Assembly (NCBI RefSeq): GCF_001194135.2
Contig: NC_068981.1
Span: 178,213,947-178,277,946 of the forward strand
Origin: Octopus bimaculoides
Taxonomy: Eukaryota
Length of the DNA stretch: 64,000 nucleotides
Direction of reading: 5' to 3'
A model generated the notes under the pieces. The model was not told the origin of the DNA, ran no database searches, and saw only the letters and a list, made by a program, of their open reading frames with translations. The number at the start of each line of letters is the position of its first letter. Position 1 is the first letter of the stretch. This document shows, piece by piece, positions 1-12,700 of this stretch. The position numbers and the translations under genes are program-made.

Positions 1-1186
1 TATATATATATATATATATATAGTTTTTAAAACATTATCTAAAAACAACTTAATCAACATTTGCTATTTAGAAGAATGATAACTGTAACATTATGTCATC
101 CTATATCAGCAATGACTAAGCTAACCAATGATCAAAAGCTTCCCAGTCATGACCACCTCATCTTTATTCAGACATTTTATCTGAGGCTATATTACCGAAT
201 GTATACCTTTTTTGTAAAAGACAGTGAGGTAAGATTTGAGGAAGACTTGGATGCTGTTTCTAGCATGTAGAGCAATAACATAGAGATTTCCTTAATACAT
301 TGGTATTCCAGAAAATGATTTAGGGTGAGAAGCCTCTTTCCCTAACCTCAATCCCTTTGTCTATCTGGTGTTGGAGTATTTTAGTGAATGTCAGCAACTA
401 AACAGGAAACTTTACTTTAGGCTCCTCCAGCTTCTTTATACTAGCATTAGTAATGGAAACTAGCAACATAATTTTAAAAAGTACATACCAAGATATTATT
501 TCAATAAAGAAAAACTAAACAGTATTTAATAGAAATATATTTGAAGACAATGTTTTAATTTAAAACATAATGAAACTGTTAATAATTAATATCTCGGCAT
601 GACTTTTATTTTTTCACAAATTATCAAAACTGAGATTTAATTATTCTTTAAAATTAACCCCTGTTTTCTTTTTTCTTTTTTTTCTTTAAATAACTAAATA
701 TTATGCTACTAAAACAGAAGACAACATTTGTTCTGCTATACATGTAAACATCGTTTTACCAAAAATAAAAATAATTTAAAAAACCATCTAGCTAATTAGC
801 AAAAGATTTATTCATCAACATATTACAACCACTGGCCCATTAATGCACAGTTTCTGCTGTTTCTCCTCTTCTATATTTCTTTGACTGTTACTAGAACGGT
901 TTCAGCTCTTCTGAACTAGCAGCAACCTGCATTCCACTGCTACTCGAGCTCATCTTGTTTCCACTTCTCTATTCATCAACCTTACGATGTCATACCAACA
1001 TACTCCACACTAAATTCATTACTCAATCTGTCCAAAGCAGAACCACAGCTTTCTTGAACTCAATCACTGCTTCAAGTGACATTCTTACAAATTTCAATCT
1101 ACAGAAGTTCAAGTTGAACATCAACTTCTATCGACTGGTAGATCAATTATCAAGTGCTATTTCTCCTCATCTTACTAAAATAATGG

Positions 1187-1397
1187 TTTCAAATGCTGAC
1201 ACAAGGCCTGAAATTTCAGGGAAGTGAGGAAGTCGATTACATCAACCCCAGTGTTCAAACTGGAATTTATTTTATCAACCCTGAAAGGATGAAAGATAAA
1301 GTCGACCTCAGCAGAATTTAAACCCAGAATGTAAAGACTGTTGAAATGCCACAAAGCATTTAACTTGGCATGCTAACAATTCAGCCAGGTCACCACC
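1187..1397 (-). mobile_element. SINE family A copy
   Basis: Reverse complement matches family A at 13827-14040 (gagttcaaattc...gtcgactttgcctttcatcctttc...aagtacc); imperfect flanking direct repeat ttactaaa(a)taat. Confidence 0.8.
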
Positions 1398-2252
1398 CTC
1401 ATATTACTAAATAATAATTTCTTAGTAGGTATGAGGCCAGAAATCTGAGAGGAGTTAATCAATTACATCAACCCCAGTACTTTGACTGGCACATATATTT
1501 TCTTGACCCCTGAAGGGTTTGAACTGAAAATATAAAGAGCCAGAACCAATTCTGTAAGGTATTTTATCTACCAATCCACTATCTATTCTGACTAAATAAT
1601 AAGAAGAAAATATAAATTACAATCTTACATCATAAAACACAACTTCCTTTCATCTGAATTAAAAGCTCCAACTTCTGATTTTACCAGAAGAAACACCAGC
1701 AAAATATATCTTAAATAATTCTATATACATTTCTGAAGCATCTATTTAATTGTTACTGGGTAGTTAAAATTCAAAGATGCTTTTCTTGTTACTGAAATCA
1801 ATCAATATGGTTTTCAGCATGTACAGGGGGGGGGGGGGGTTAAGCAATAACGCAGCACCTACAATTCACAGAAAATTTTTTTCCTAATTTTGAAGTTTGC
1901 TTTACACACACTAAAATGCTTTTAAATGTCTGTCTGCACTTGCTTTTGGTATCTAACAAGGTTGGAGAAGTGACTTCAATTATCAATAATTGATACAGCA
2001 GTAGGAATATAGTTAGGTGAAATAATGAGGAATAGTGATATAACATAAAAGAAAGTGCTAGCAATAGAGAAAAACATCCGTTTGTGTACTTAATACCATT
2101 TTTATTTGAATAAAATGTGATTTCAAACATAATGTGACCCTCACATTTTGTATGTAATTCAGTAATATATTTTATCCTTTTATTTTTATTTTATACAACT
2201 ATAATACTACTCCACACTTTTGACCCTGGTGTATTGTACTAAATGTTTTATA

Positions 2253-2478
2253 TTAACCATTCAGTATTCAAATTACTCTGTCAAGTATTGCTTATTTATT
2301 TGCATTGTTTTGAATTAATCATGCATTATCTCTCAGCGTCAAGATTTCAATACTGTGATTGTTTAATTTTCGAATGACATTATAGGATATGTATGAGAGG
2401 TTAGATCTGGCCAGTTTGAATGTAAAACAGGTAGAATATTTGGGCCAGACATGGCTGGTTTAAATGCTAAAGGGCTAT
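2253..2478 (+). mobile_element. piggyBac-like MITE, about 220 bp
   Basis: Starts ttaa-cc and ends tttaaatgctaaaggg; interior matches copies at 11380, 28995 and 29563. TTAA target with CCCT...AGGG ends is the piggyBac signature. Confidence 0.7.
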
Positions 2479-2788
2479 ACATAAGTAAATACTTCAATTT
2501 TCAATGAATGTAAGCAGTATCTAAGTGTTAAACAAGAAAAAATTGAAACAAAACATCATAACAGTACTACATGTTATTGATAAAATACTAAAATATTTTG
2601 ACCAGTTTGGTCTATTTAAAAAGAAAGTTTATTGATTTCTTAAAGACTTATTCCAACTTAGAAAAATCATTAAACTTTATATTATATATTTAAAGTTTTA
2701 ATCCTTAAGAACTTCTTTGTAATGCGCGTGTGCCAATGCATGTATGCACATTTGTGTTTCTATCTTATGTATGTCAATTGATTTTAAA

Positions 2789-2995
2789 AGGCAGCAAGCT
2801 GGCAGAATTGTGAGCACACCAACCAAAATGCTCATAGTCATTTTATGCATCTTTATGTCCTAAATTCAAATTCAGCTGAGGCTAACTGTGCCTTTTATCC
2901 TTCTAAGGCAAATGGGTACCAGTTGAGTACTAGGGTCAATGTAATCAATGAGCTCCTCCCTAAAACTGCTGGCTTTTTGCCAAATCTTGAAGCCT
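2789..2995 (+). mobile_element. SINE family A copy, diverged
   Basis: aaggcagcaagctggcagaatt head, aaattcaaattc box, gccttttatccttc core. Confidence 0.75.
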
Positions 2996-3178
2996 ATAGC
3001 AATTGGCTTTGATGTCAAAGGATGTTTGTATCATAGTTTTTCAAGATGCTTGGAAGTGATTTGCAGAAGATATTGATAATTTTAGCTGATCAAAGAACCA
3101 CAAAAGTTCTCTGAGTTCAAATCTAATCTGCTTCTAAGATATTAATCCTTATGGTAAAAAAAGGTTGACAAGCATATT

Positions 3179-3220
<42 letters not shown>

Positions 3221-3469
3221 CAAACAAATAAGTAGGAACTTATAGTTGAGGAGTTATACATTGGGAATAAACAGATGACATAAATTAACACTGGACCATA
3301 GATTATTGTCTTGATCATCTGGAGTTATAACATTCTTTCTCTATCAAACATCATACCCATTTCAGTTTTTTTTTTTTTTTTTCACCCATTAGTCAACAAT
3401 AACGAACAAATAATGCACTAACAAACCAGATGGTCACCTTCATGTTACCAATGTATGTGTGTGCATGTG

Positions 3470-3650
3470 AAGGCGGAGAGCTGGCAGAATCATTAGCTTA
3501 GTGGTATTTCGTCTGTCTTTATGTTCTGAGTTCAAATTCCACTGAAGTTGACTGCTTTTCATCCTTTCACAGTCAGTAAAATAAGTACTTGGAGCTGATG
3601 TTATCAACATAACCCCTACACCAAAATTGCTGGCCTTGTGCCAAAATTTA

Positions 3651-3656
<6 letters not shown>
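3470..3656 (+). mobile_element. SINE family A copy
   Basis: aaggcggagagctggcagaatc head, gagttcaaattcc box, ggccttgtgccaaaatttagaaacc tail. Confidence 0.8.
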
Positions 3657-3695
<39 letters not shown>

Positions 3696-4149
3696 ACGCA
3701 CACACACACGTGGCCATGCATACACAACCATGGACACACGTTCAATTAGAGTATGAAATGCACTCAGAAATGAATAATATTTGGAATAAGCTCTTATATT
3801 TATTGAACATTCAATTTCATAAGGCAATTTAATGACCTTGAATTAGATGTAAATATGAAGTAAAATCAGTGATAAATATGCTTGAACTTGATCGCAATGT
3901 GATTTTAATAAGTATGATGTGCTGGTGGAGAGTGCAAAATTTTTTTTAAAACAAGCTTGAAAGACCAAATATCAAAAACAATATTGTAAAATTGAAAGTC
4001 ACAAATTAGGTTTTATTGAAAATTTACATCATGAAGTAGATGAAAAATTTAACTTCCTTGTTTCTGAAATTACTAGTCTCATAGATGTCACTACAAAACA
4101 TAGAGTGACCAGGAAGTGCCCAAATTGAATGTCACAGAAATCACCAATT

Positions 4150-4558
4150 ATCATCATCATCATTGTTATTGTTATCATTTTAACATCCACTTTTCCATGT
4201 TTGCATGGATTACATAGAGTTTATTGAAGCAGGCTTTCTATGGTCAGATGCCTTTTCTGTCACCAAACCTCACCTGTTTCTAAGCAAGGTAATATTTGTA
4301 GAATATTGAAAATGTATGACACTGCTTGTATGACAATGACACTCATTTACAGTTATCATGGAATATCAAGACAAAGACACACAAACATACACACACAATG
4401 GGCTTCTTTCAATGTTTGTCCCCCAAATCCACTCATAAGGCTTACTTGACCCAGGGCTATTGTAGAAGACACTTGCCCAAGGTGCTATGCAGTGGGGCTC
4501 AACCCAGAACAATGTGGCTGGGCAAGCAAGCATCTTACCACAAGGCCATACCTGCACC
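4150..4558 (-). mobile_element. SINE family B (tRNA head + CORE-like domain) with RTE-type 3' tail
   Basis: Minus strand: A/B-box-like head, gcaccttgggcaagtgtcttctac CORE-like segment, internal microsatellite, then catggaaaagtggatgttaaaatgat...(gat)n, matching the RTE 3' end at 7111-7160. Confidence 0.8.
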
Positions 4559-5979
4559 TATAAAGAGATAGAGATGGATATGAAAAATAGTTTTGAGATA
4601 AAAATATTTCCAGAATAGAAATTAATTCCCAAACTTAAGATACCTTAAAATACTTGACGTTATATAATATGTATTAAAATCATATTACAGACTGTTTTTA
4701 CATTTCAGATAAACTTCTTTACTTGTAAAGATTTATTTCTTAGACGTCTTGACAAATATTATTATTTTTCCAATAGATTTACTTCAGTTTTGATACTTAC
4801 ATTCTTTGGAAGTTGCCATACACAAAGTGGCACTGTCAGAATAAAGGAAGATTCTTTTATTTTCCTTAGTGTTTGATGAATTCGTAAATAATAGATTAAA
4901 ATGCCTTTTAACTTATAGCAAGAAAGTTAATCTTCACCTCTCTTCTACATAGATACAATCTGACCTAAATCCATTGTACACCCATTCATATTCATTCTTA
5001 TTTTATACATATCCATTGAAATTTCATGCAATAATAATCAATTCTTCATCCATTATCTGTCAATTCAGCTTTCATTTTGCCACAAAAACCATATCGTATT
5101 GTATATATTTACAGTGAAAGATACAACATAAAACACCTGTTGAGTTACTAGAAGAACAGTGATCATAAAAATTATTCAGTCAGTCTCTATTCATTATAGA
5201 ATGAAGTGCCATATACACATACAAACAGAAAGTCATAAGAAAGTTGAATTCAATAGCAAATATATGAAAGGATTAAAACAAATTGAAGAGAAGTAATTTT
5301 GTATAGGTGTCAATAAATGCACAAAATTTGAATGATGCTAATTGATCTTTCAAGCATATTTTGATTTTATTAGTCAGGAGTAATTGACAAATCAGCTATT
5401 CTTAGTTGCATAGGTTTTCTGAAATACACTAGGTATTTCTAGTTCAAATTATTATTACCTCTGGTTTGTTAAATAATGATTTCACTAATACTGTGTGAAA
5501 TTATTTCATAGACAAAGGTCCTTTCTTTATTTGCAAAAATGCTTAATTTTATCAACCTCATATGAAATTATCACAAAACAGAGATACCACAAACACTCTA
5601 GTATATCTCTCTAGGACAAGTCCAGTATTATAATTTACCAATCTTAATGTTCCGTTTTTCCATGACAAAGAAAATACAAAAAAAAAAGAGCTTTTGTCAA
5701 CAATGACTATATTATAGAATTATAAAATAGCTGTTTATGTTTCCATAGTAGATCAAACTATTTTTTTGGTAAGTTGTAATCTTTTGTAAATTGTTATAAT
5801 TCTTGTAATATAAGTCTTCCTTACTGTTTACTTCTAATTCATTTCATGATGATGATTTCTTTCTAACTCATTCTTTTTAGCCAATAAGATCTCAAGGTTG
5901 GGATTTTACAAAGTCTGTGAGACTGTGTGAATGTATATCCTTCCCCTACTCAACATGAGTAACAATGCAGCTCTTCTAA

Positions 5980-6240
5980 AACATCCTGCTTGGACCACCC
6001 TCAGTCCTCAAGGTTTGTAGTCTTGTGAACCACACAGCAACCTCAATAGTGCTAGTGACACAGAAAAAGCACCCAGTACATGCTGTACAATTGTTAGCAT
6101 TAAGAAGGGCATCAAACTGTAGAAACCATGCTAAAGCAGTCACTGGAGCATGATGCAGTCCTTAGACCAACTAGGTCCGATCAAACTGTCCTACAGATGC
6201 CAGTATGGAACATGGGCATTAAATGATGATGATGATAATG
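5980..6240 (+). mobile_element. RTE LINE 3' fragment
   Basis: gcattaagaagggcatc...gccagtatggaacatgggcattaaatgatgatgatgat resembles the 3' end seen at 42305-42476. Confidence 0.65.
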
Positions 6241-6282
6241 ACTATTTAAAACATTATATATATATGCGATTAAGTCTATGTC

Positions 6283-6411
6283 CAGTCATAGAGTGAGCCA
6301 TGGTTTCACATCCATAAAGTGCTTAGCCGCATGGATGACTTGAGAGCCTGACGAGCCGTCCATGAGGCTAAGCCCTTTATGAATGCGAAACCATGGGTCA
6401 CTCTATGACCG
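6283..6411. mobile_element. Fold-back MITE-like palindrome
   Basis: About 55-bp inverted arms (gtcatagagtgagccatggtttc... / ...gaaaccatgggtcactctatgac) with 7 mismatches, short spacer, TA-rich flanks. Confidence 0.75.
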
Positions 6412-6498
6412 TATATATAATTAACTACATATAAATGTATTACTATTCTATGGTTTAGAGTGTGCTTCCTTTTTGGATATATGATACACTGATTTTAA

Positions 6499-6535
<37 letters not shown>

Positions 6536-7110
6536 TATATAATACTATTTAAAACATTAATTAAAAATGACAGATTAATAGTATAGGATGTGTGTTCAGG
6601 CATCTGCAAAATATGTTATAGAAGAAGTCAGATAAGCCAAAAGAAGTACCACCAGAATAAATTTCCTGAATTATATTAAGATACTTATTTCACTTGTTAC
6701 ACCATTATTCTTTAAACTGCAGGAATCTAATGATACAAAGAATGCAGTTTACATACATGGTTATGAGTAAGATACGAGAAGTTATTTTATGTTCAGCATA
6801 TCTTAAATAGGGACTGAGTCTTTTGTTTCATCTACATGTAAAAATGCTATGGGTTTATTGGGGATCAAGGAGTAAAAAAACTTGAATCGACCTACCAAAA
6901 GTATATTTAATAATAGAGGGCAGTAGATTGGCAGAGTATTGGATAAAGTAGTTTACAAGTAGCATACCTTACAGTCTAAGCTCAAATCCAGTAGAGGTTG
7001 ACATTGTTTTTCAGCCTTACAAGGTTTGTAAAATAAGTACTAGTTGAGTACTGGGATTGAGTTTCATAAACTACACCCATTCTTGAAATTTGAAGCCTTG
7101 TACCTACATT

Positions 7111-7990
7111 CATCATCATCGTCGTCGTCGTCATCGTTTAACATCCACTTTTTATGCTGGCATGGGTTGGACGGTTTGACTGAGGGCTGGCAAGCCAGAA
7201 GGCTGCACCAGGCTCCAATCCAATCTGGCAATGTTTCAACAGCTGGATACCCTTCCTCACACCAACCACTCCGAAAGTGTAGTGGGTGCTTTTATGTTCC
7301 ACCAGCACGAGGGCCAGTCAGGCAGTACTGGCATCAGCCATGCTCGAATGGTGTTTTTTACATGCCACCAGCACAGGAGCCATTCAGACGGCTCTGGCAA
7401 CAATCACGCTCGAATGGTGCTTTTTATATGCCACTGGCACAAGACCAGTCAGGCAGCACTGGCATCGACCACACTCAAATGGTGCTTTTTAGGTGCCACC
7501 AGCATGGGTGCCAATCAAGTGGTACTGTCATCGACCATGACAACAACTTCAATTGACTCAACAGGTCTTCGCAAGCGCAGTTTATTGCCCAATGATTAAA
7601 GGGTACTCTTAAATGGGCTGGTTATGCAACACTGGCATAGGCCACAGTTACGGTCTCACTTGACTTGCTAGGTCTTCTCAAGCACAGCACATCTCCAAAG
7701 GTCTTGGTCACTAGTCATTGCCTCAGTGAAGCCTAACATTAAAAGGTCATGCTTCACCACCTCATCCCAGGTTTTCCACAGGTTCCCTCTACTGCTAGGG
7801 TGTGACACTTTTTCAGACAGCTGTCCTCATCCATACGCAACACATGACTATACCAGTGCAGTCGTCTCTCTTGCACACTACATCTGATGCTTCTTCGATT
7901 CTAGACCTTGCTTCCACACCTGCGACTTCTCTAGTTCTGATAGTGACTCAGCTATTAGAGCAAGGTCATCAGCACAGAGAAGCTCCAATG
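7111..7990 (-). mobile_element. RTE-clade LINE, 5'-truncated and internally deleted, with 3' UTR and (GAT)n tail
   Basis: Minus translation LCADDLALIAESLSELEK..VWKQGLESK (YADD RT motif region) joined directly to SIRCSVQERRLHWYSHVLRMDEDSCLKKCHTLAVEG..WDEVVKHDL..DQDLWRCAVLEKT*, a typical RTE C-terminus. Confidence 0.85.
7284..7546. repeat. Four tandem 65-66 bp units inside the RTE 3' UTR
   Basis: Units begin ggtgcttttatg / ggtgttttttac / ggtgctttttat / ggtgctttttag and share ccaccagcac and ccagtcaggcag..ctggcatc motifs. Confidence 0.85.
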
Positions 7991-8102
7991 TATATGTATA
8001 TATATAAATATATAAATATANNNNNNNNNNNNNNNNNNNNNNNNNNNNNNNNNNNNNNNNNNNNNNNNNNNNNNNNNNNNNNNNNATATATATATATATA
8101 TA

Positions 8103-8285
8103 TAATCATCATCATTTAGCATCTGTTTTCCATGCTGGCATGGATCAGATTGTTTGACTGGAACTGATAAGCTAGAGAGGTGTACCAGGCTCCAGTCTGC
8201 TTTGGATTGGTTTTTACGGCTGGATGCCCTTCCTAACACCAACTACTCCACAGAGTGTACCTGGTGCATTTTACATGTCACCTGC
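8103..8285 (-). mobile_element. RTE LINE 3' fragment
   Basis: catcatcatcatttagcatctgttttccatgctggcatgg...tacggctggatgcccttcctaac, same 3' end as the element at 7111. Confidence 0.8.
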
Positions 8286-8952
8286 ATACATAAATATATA
8301 TGTACATACACTTATATGAATGTATGCATTTATATATAAAGTTGTGCACGCACGCATACACACATACACATTAGCTGGCATTGTATTATAGAAACAGATT
8401 CAAATTTCTTTTATATATTATTAATTCTATTGACTGGAGGAGGGGGCAGTTTACAAACAAACAGTTGAAGTGACAACTTTGCACAATGGTATTAATAAAA
8501 GATGAACCTATTGCCTCCATGGAGTTCTCCTAGGAGGAATCTAAGGCCATTACAATAATATCTTTTATATTATTTCAATTGACTTGAAAGATCAGTATAG
8601 TTGATAGACAACAATCTCATACAAGCATAGCAACTATTGATTACATAGAATAGATGGTATAGAATGACTATCTCATAAGCAAACAAATACAGACATATCA
8701 ATGAAAAAAAAGTTAATACTCCTTGTTAAAATACTAGTTTCCATCAACAAATCATTGTAGATAAATAGTTTGTAAACAAAATGGTCACACTTGACAGTGG
8801 TTTGAAATAATACATGATAAAATATTATGGAAAAAAGGTCAAAAGATATGGCTGTTGTAGAAATAATCCCAGCAAATCAAATTAGATCAAAACTGTAGAA
8901 CAGAGGGCATAAATAGACAGAAGTTAAGAATCCAGTTTATTTAACAACCTAT

Positions 8953-9179
8953 TTTAAACCTTTTCATGACTATATTTCTATTGAAACTCACTGTCTTTGT
9001 TTTAATTAATTTTTTAAATATTGAAGAATTTAGAAAAATAATTTGTCATTAAGAAGCTGGTGCTTGAAATATTAGCATAAAATTTTGGTAAGAGGATCTA
9101 CTTTAAATTACTTTCAACCAGGAAGTTTGTACCATAGAACCAGACAAGGCCACATGCAGTTTGGTATCAAAATGTTTAA
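8953..9179. mobile_element. Second piggyBac-like MITE subfamily, diverged
   Basis: ttaaaccttttcatgac...ttggtatcaaaatgtttaa degenerate termini within TTAA. Confidence 0.45.
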
Positions 9180-10496
9180 CAGAGAAAAACAAAAATTATA
9201 AACTAGTAAAGAGGATATGAATATTTCAATTGGCATTCTAATAAATTTATTATAATTGCTCTAGTAGTTTCAGACGAAAAATTTTAAGAGCTTAAAGTAA
9301 ACATCTAACACATTTTAGAGCTTTCTCTTTAACATAGTAATTCTATGGATTATAAACTTTGTTTACTTTTTTCTTTTTGTAACAAATGTATTCAATGCTT
9401 ATAAACATTTAAAATTACCCATGGACATTACGAAATTAATTTCCACAATATACCTCTGATACCCATTTGAATTAAAGGGCATCTAATGCAACTCATTGAG
9501 ATATATAAATAATACAGATATACAGGTTAATAATTCTGATTGAAAAGATAATCCTGTCTTTATTTAAAATTTTGAAATCTGTAGTTGACTTTTGAAATTC
9601 AGTTAAACAAATTAGCAGATGAGAAAAGTTAAACCAGTTGAGTAATTCAACATAGAAAAGTTAGATTATCTATACCCACTTTCTTCTTATGCTCTTAATA
9701 TTAAAAGGTTTTGATGCCATAACTGTATAAATTTATATCATTTTTTCTTCTGATTAATATCTTTTTTAATAATTCCATAATGAAATTAGAAACAAAATCA
9801 CTAGAGATAACAGGAAAAATGTTATATATATATATACACTCACACACACATAGCATGTGTGTGTGGACACAGGTGCACGCACTCTTTCAAATGATGTTCG
9901 TAATATATATTTATGAAGGAAATATTTAAGTACTAAACTGAAAAAATAATTCTTCCACCCAGGAAATTTCTATCACAGTTCACAAAAAAAAATTTCTAAA
10001 AAGAATCGTGCAAAATTTCAAAAGAGAATCTGAAAGCTGAACTTTTATTCTGCAACTATGATCAAATGTGTGTTATCTTTACAGGAGTTGATCTTTGAAC
10101 AACTTTGAATATTACACATATTTGAAGAACCAAACATAAATGTTATCAACACATAACAAGGAACAGTTATGAAATATGGAACTGAATATCAGTTATAAAA
10201 TATGAGACAAACAACAATTAGCAGAAAATTATAATAGTTATATCTTAAAGTGGAGGGAAATCTGATAAATGAGAAATAGTTTATTTTAAATAAGAGTTGT
10301 TGTTTTTTTAATTTATTTCTAACTGCTATTTAAACCTTACAGTGAGTCGTTTAATTCAACAAATAAATCTGTTCTTATAAAACAGGTACTAGTCACTGTT
10401 TTCAATTAAATAAATGACACAAGAAATACTCAGTTATAAAACAAATATTACAAGGAAAAAGAGCAAATATATCCTTTCAAATATTTTACCACTACT

Positions 10497-10696
10497 TAGG
10501 GCAGAGTGCTGGCAGAACCGTTAGCATGCCAGGCAAGATGCTTAGCGGCATTTTCAACCATCTCTACATTCTGAGGATGATTTTGCCTTTTGTCCTTTCG
10601 TGGCCAATAAAATATGTAGTAGTTGAGCACTGAAGTCGATTTAATCAACTTGGTCCCTCCCCAAAAACTGTTAGCCTTGCCCCAAAATTTAAAACT
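10497..10696 (+). mobile_element. SINE family A copy with 17-bp TSD
   Basis: Flanked by aatattttaccactact (10480-10496) and aatattttaccacaact (10697-10713). Confidence 0.8.
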
Positions 10697-11379
10697 AATA
10701 TTTTACCACAACTGCAAATCCTCAAGTATACTAATTCTTCAGGAGTTTTTTTTTGATTTGTTTCTTTAATATAATTGTTGTTCTCTGAACATAGATTTCA
10801 ATTCTTACTTTACCAATGTTGCTGAGTCAAGAATGACAAAAGTTCTTAGTTCTCATGATCTATAAGAAAAAAAGATCTTGGATCTCTCATTCAAACCATT
10901 CTAAATCAATACATTTACTGACTTAAGGTACTATACCTAGCCTAGCATATAAATGGGTATTTTCCACTTACATTTGGATAATAGTTACCCATAGATTGCT
11001 CAGGTTATAACTATGTAAAACTACGACTACATTTACTTAACATTAAAATTTTATACTCCTATATCTGATTTGTTCACATTAAAAGTTGGCGATTTAGCAT
11101 ATGTATTTAAAAATATTTCTCATTTTCCAAACAGATTTTAACCTTCTAATTGAAATCAATGAGGCAGATTAAAACCTATCCAACCAGATACCTTCTTAAA
11201 ATGTTCTCAGTATAAAAAGCACATCTATCATAAAAGTGGAAGAAGAGTTTTTAAGCATGAGTAAAGTGTTCCTAAAAAATAACTTATGTAGTAAAAAATT
11301 TGTGAAAGTTTAAAAATTCACAAATTAAAAATAATACCATGAGTTTATAATGGAACCCATATTATACAGTATAAATGCT

Positions 11380-11601
11380 TTAACTTTTAAGAATTCAGAG
11401 GTAATGCATATTTATTCACATTGCTTTGAAGTAAACATGCATTATCTTCGAGATATAGCTTGAAGATTTTGATGATACGATTGTTTATTTTTAGAATGAT
11501 ATTGTAGGGTAAGTGTGAAAAACAGGATCTAACCAACTTGAATATAAAACAGGTAAAATATTTGGGTCAAAAATGACCAGTTTAAATGCTTAAAGGGTTA
11601 A
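11380..11601 (+). mobile_element. piggyBac-like MITE
   Basis: ttaa at both ends, 3' terminus tttaaatgcttaaagggttaa, interior homologous to the copy at 2253. Confidence 0.7.
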
Positions 11602-12524
11602 GTTCACATTCATATAGTTTTCATCATACATGTAGTATCGAACAAATACACTAATTCATATTTTGTGGAAGTCTTTATTTGAAGGGTCTGTCTCAGAAAT
11701 TGAGTATTCTCACAATTAGCAACATTTTTCTAACTATCCATAATAACATTTCATATATTGAAGACAACTTGATTTACAATCCTGTTGTGAAGTATAATTC
11801 AGCAATGCAGTAATTAGCCTAATTGTTTCACAATATAAAGAATAAAGTCCAATATTCAATGCAACTGGGAATAGAAAGAATATTTTTTAAAAACTTAAAT
11901 AACTTTTCCTATTGAGTTTAATTCCCCAAAGGCAATAGAATAGAGGCTTTTGTGGTAAAAACTAATTAATAAATACTCAATCAACAGAATAAAATGTGAC
12001 AACAAATTTGCTGGCGGAAAATTATGCAGTTGTAAAGGTAGAATATTTAATTCAAAACAGTACCAGTGATAAATTTTGAATGAAAACTGAAGTTCATTTA
12101 ATGTATGTAATATTGAAAAAGTATATCATTTGTTTGTTTTTGTTTATAATGAGGTGTTTCAAAATAATTAGTTTTTGCTTTAAGTACTAAGTAACAAATT
12201 TGAATTTTTTTTTTTTTTTTTTGATAGAAACTGTCAAAGACAAAGTTACCATGTCAATTAACAAAACATTTTCATCAAATTTGCAGATCAATGAAATCAC
12301 AACTAGAAATCATAGTATCAAAGTAGGCAATCATTTTTGTCGGTCCCATGATAAATATGAAAAAAAAAAATTTTTTTTTTTTTCCCACAAAGAACATCTG
12401 AAAATTTTCTCCCAAGAATCTATCAAATAAAAAACACTTTCCCAAAATATCAAATGCAAAATTAAATAGATTAAAAATTTTAAGAATTTCTATATCACAT
12501 ATACAATACAAAAATAAAATGCTA

Positions 12525-12700
12525 ATGAGGGAGCATCTACACAGTCACTTAACCTGCTAGAAAGAGCAGCAAAATATCAAATGAATCACATCACCTTAAA
12601 AAAAATGAAAGAACATATATTTGGATAATATAGTCCTCGTTAAATGTCCAGGAAAAAAAAAATAGATGGTCAACACTGGAATATTTTTGATCATAAGTTT
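12525..12700. repeat. Unclassified interspersed repeat
   Basis: ctacacagtcacttaacctgctagaaagagcagc...gatcataag resembles the reverse complement of 52600-52780. Confidence 0.45.

Noticed and set aside
840-1170. 90-aa ORF / coding-looking tract
   Set aside because: No motif recognised; minus frames contain multiple stops; at most an unassignable decayed element.
3181-3215. T35 as the poly(A) tail of a retrocopy
   Set aside because: No polyadenylation signal, TSD or coding remnant is adjacent.
7284-7546. CRISPR-like periodicity
   Set aside because: Whole units are homologous, with no constant repeat plus unique spacer, and the context is a eukaryotic LINE.
7044-7599. 170-aa and 122-aa plus-strand ORFs
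   Set aside because: They are antisense read-through of the RTE 3' UTR and its tandem units; the peptide periodicity mirrors the DNA repeat.
10810-10859. Minus-strand acceptor/donor pair
   Set aside because: Stops in all three frames.
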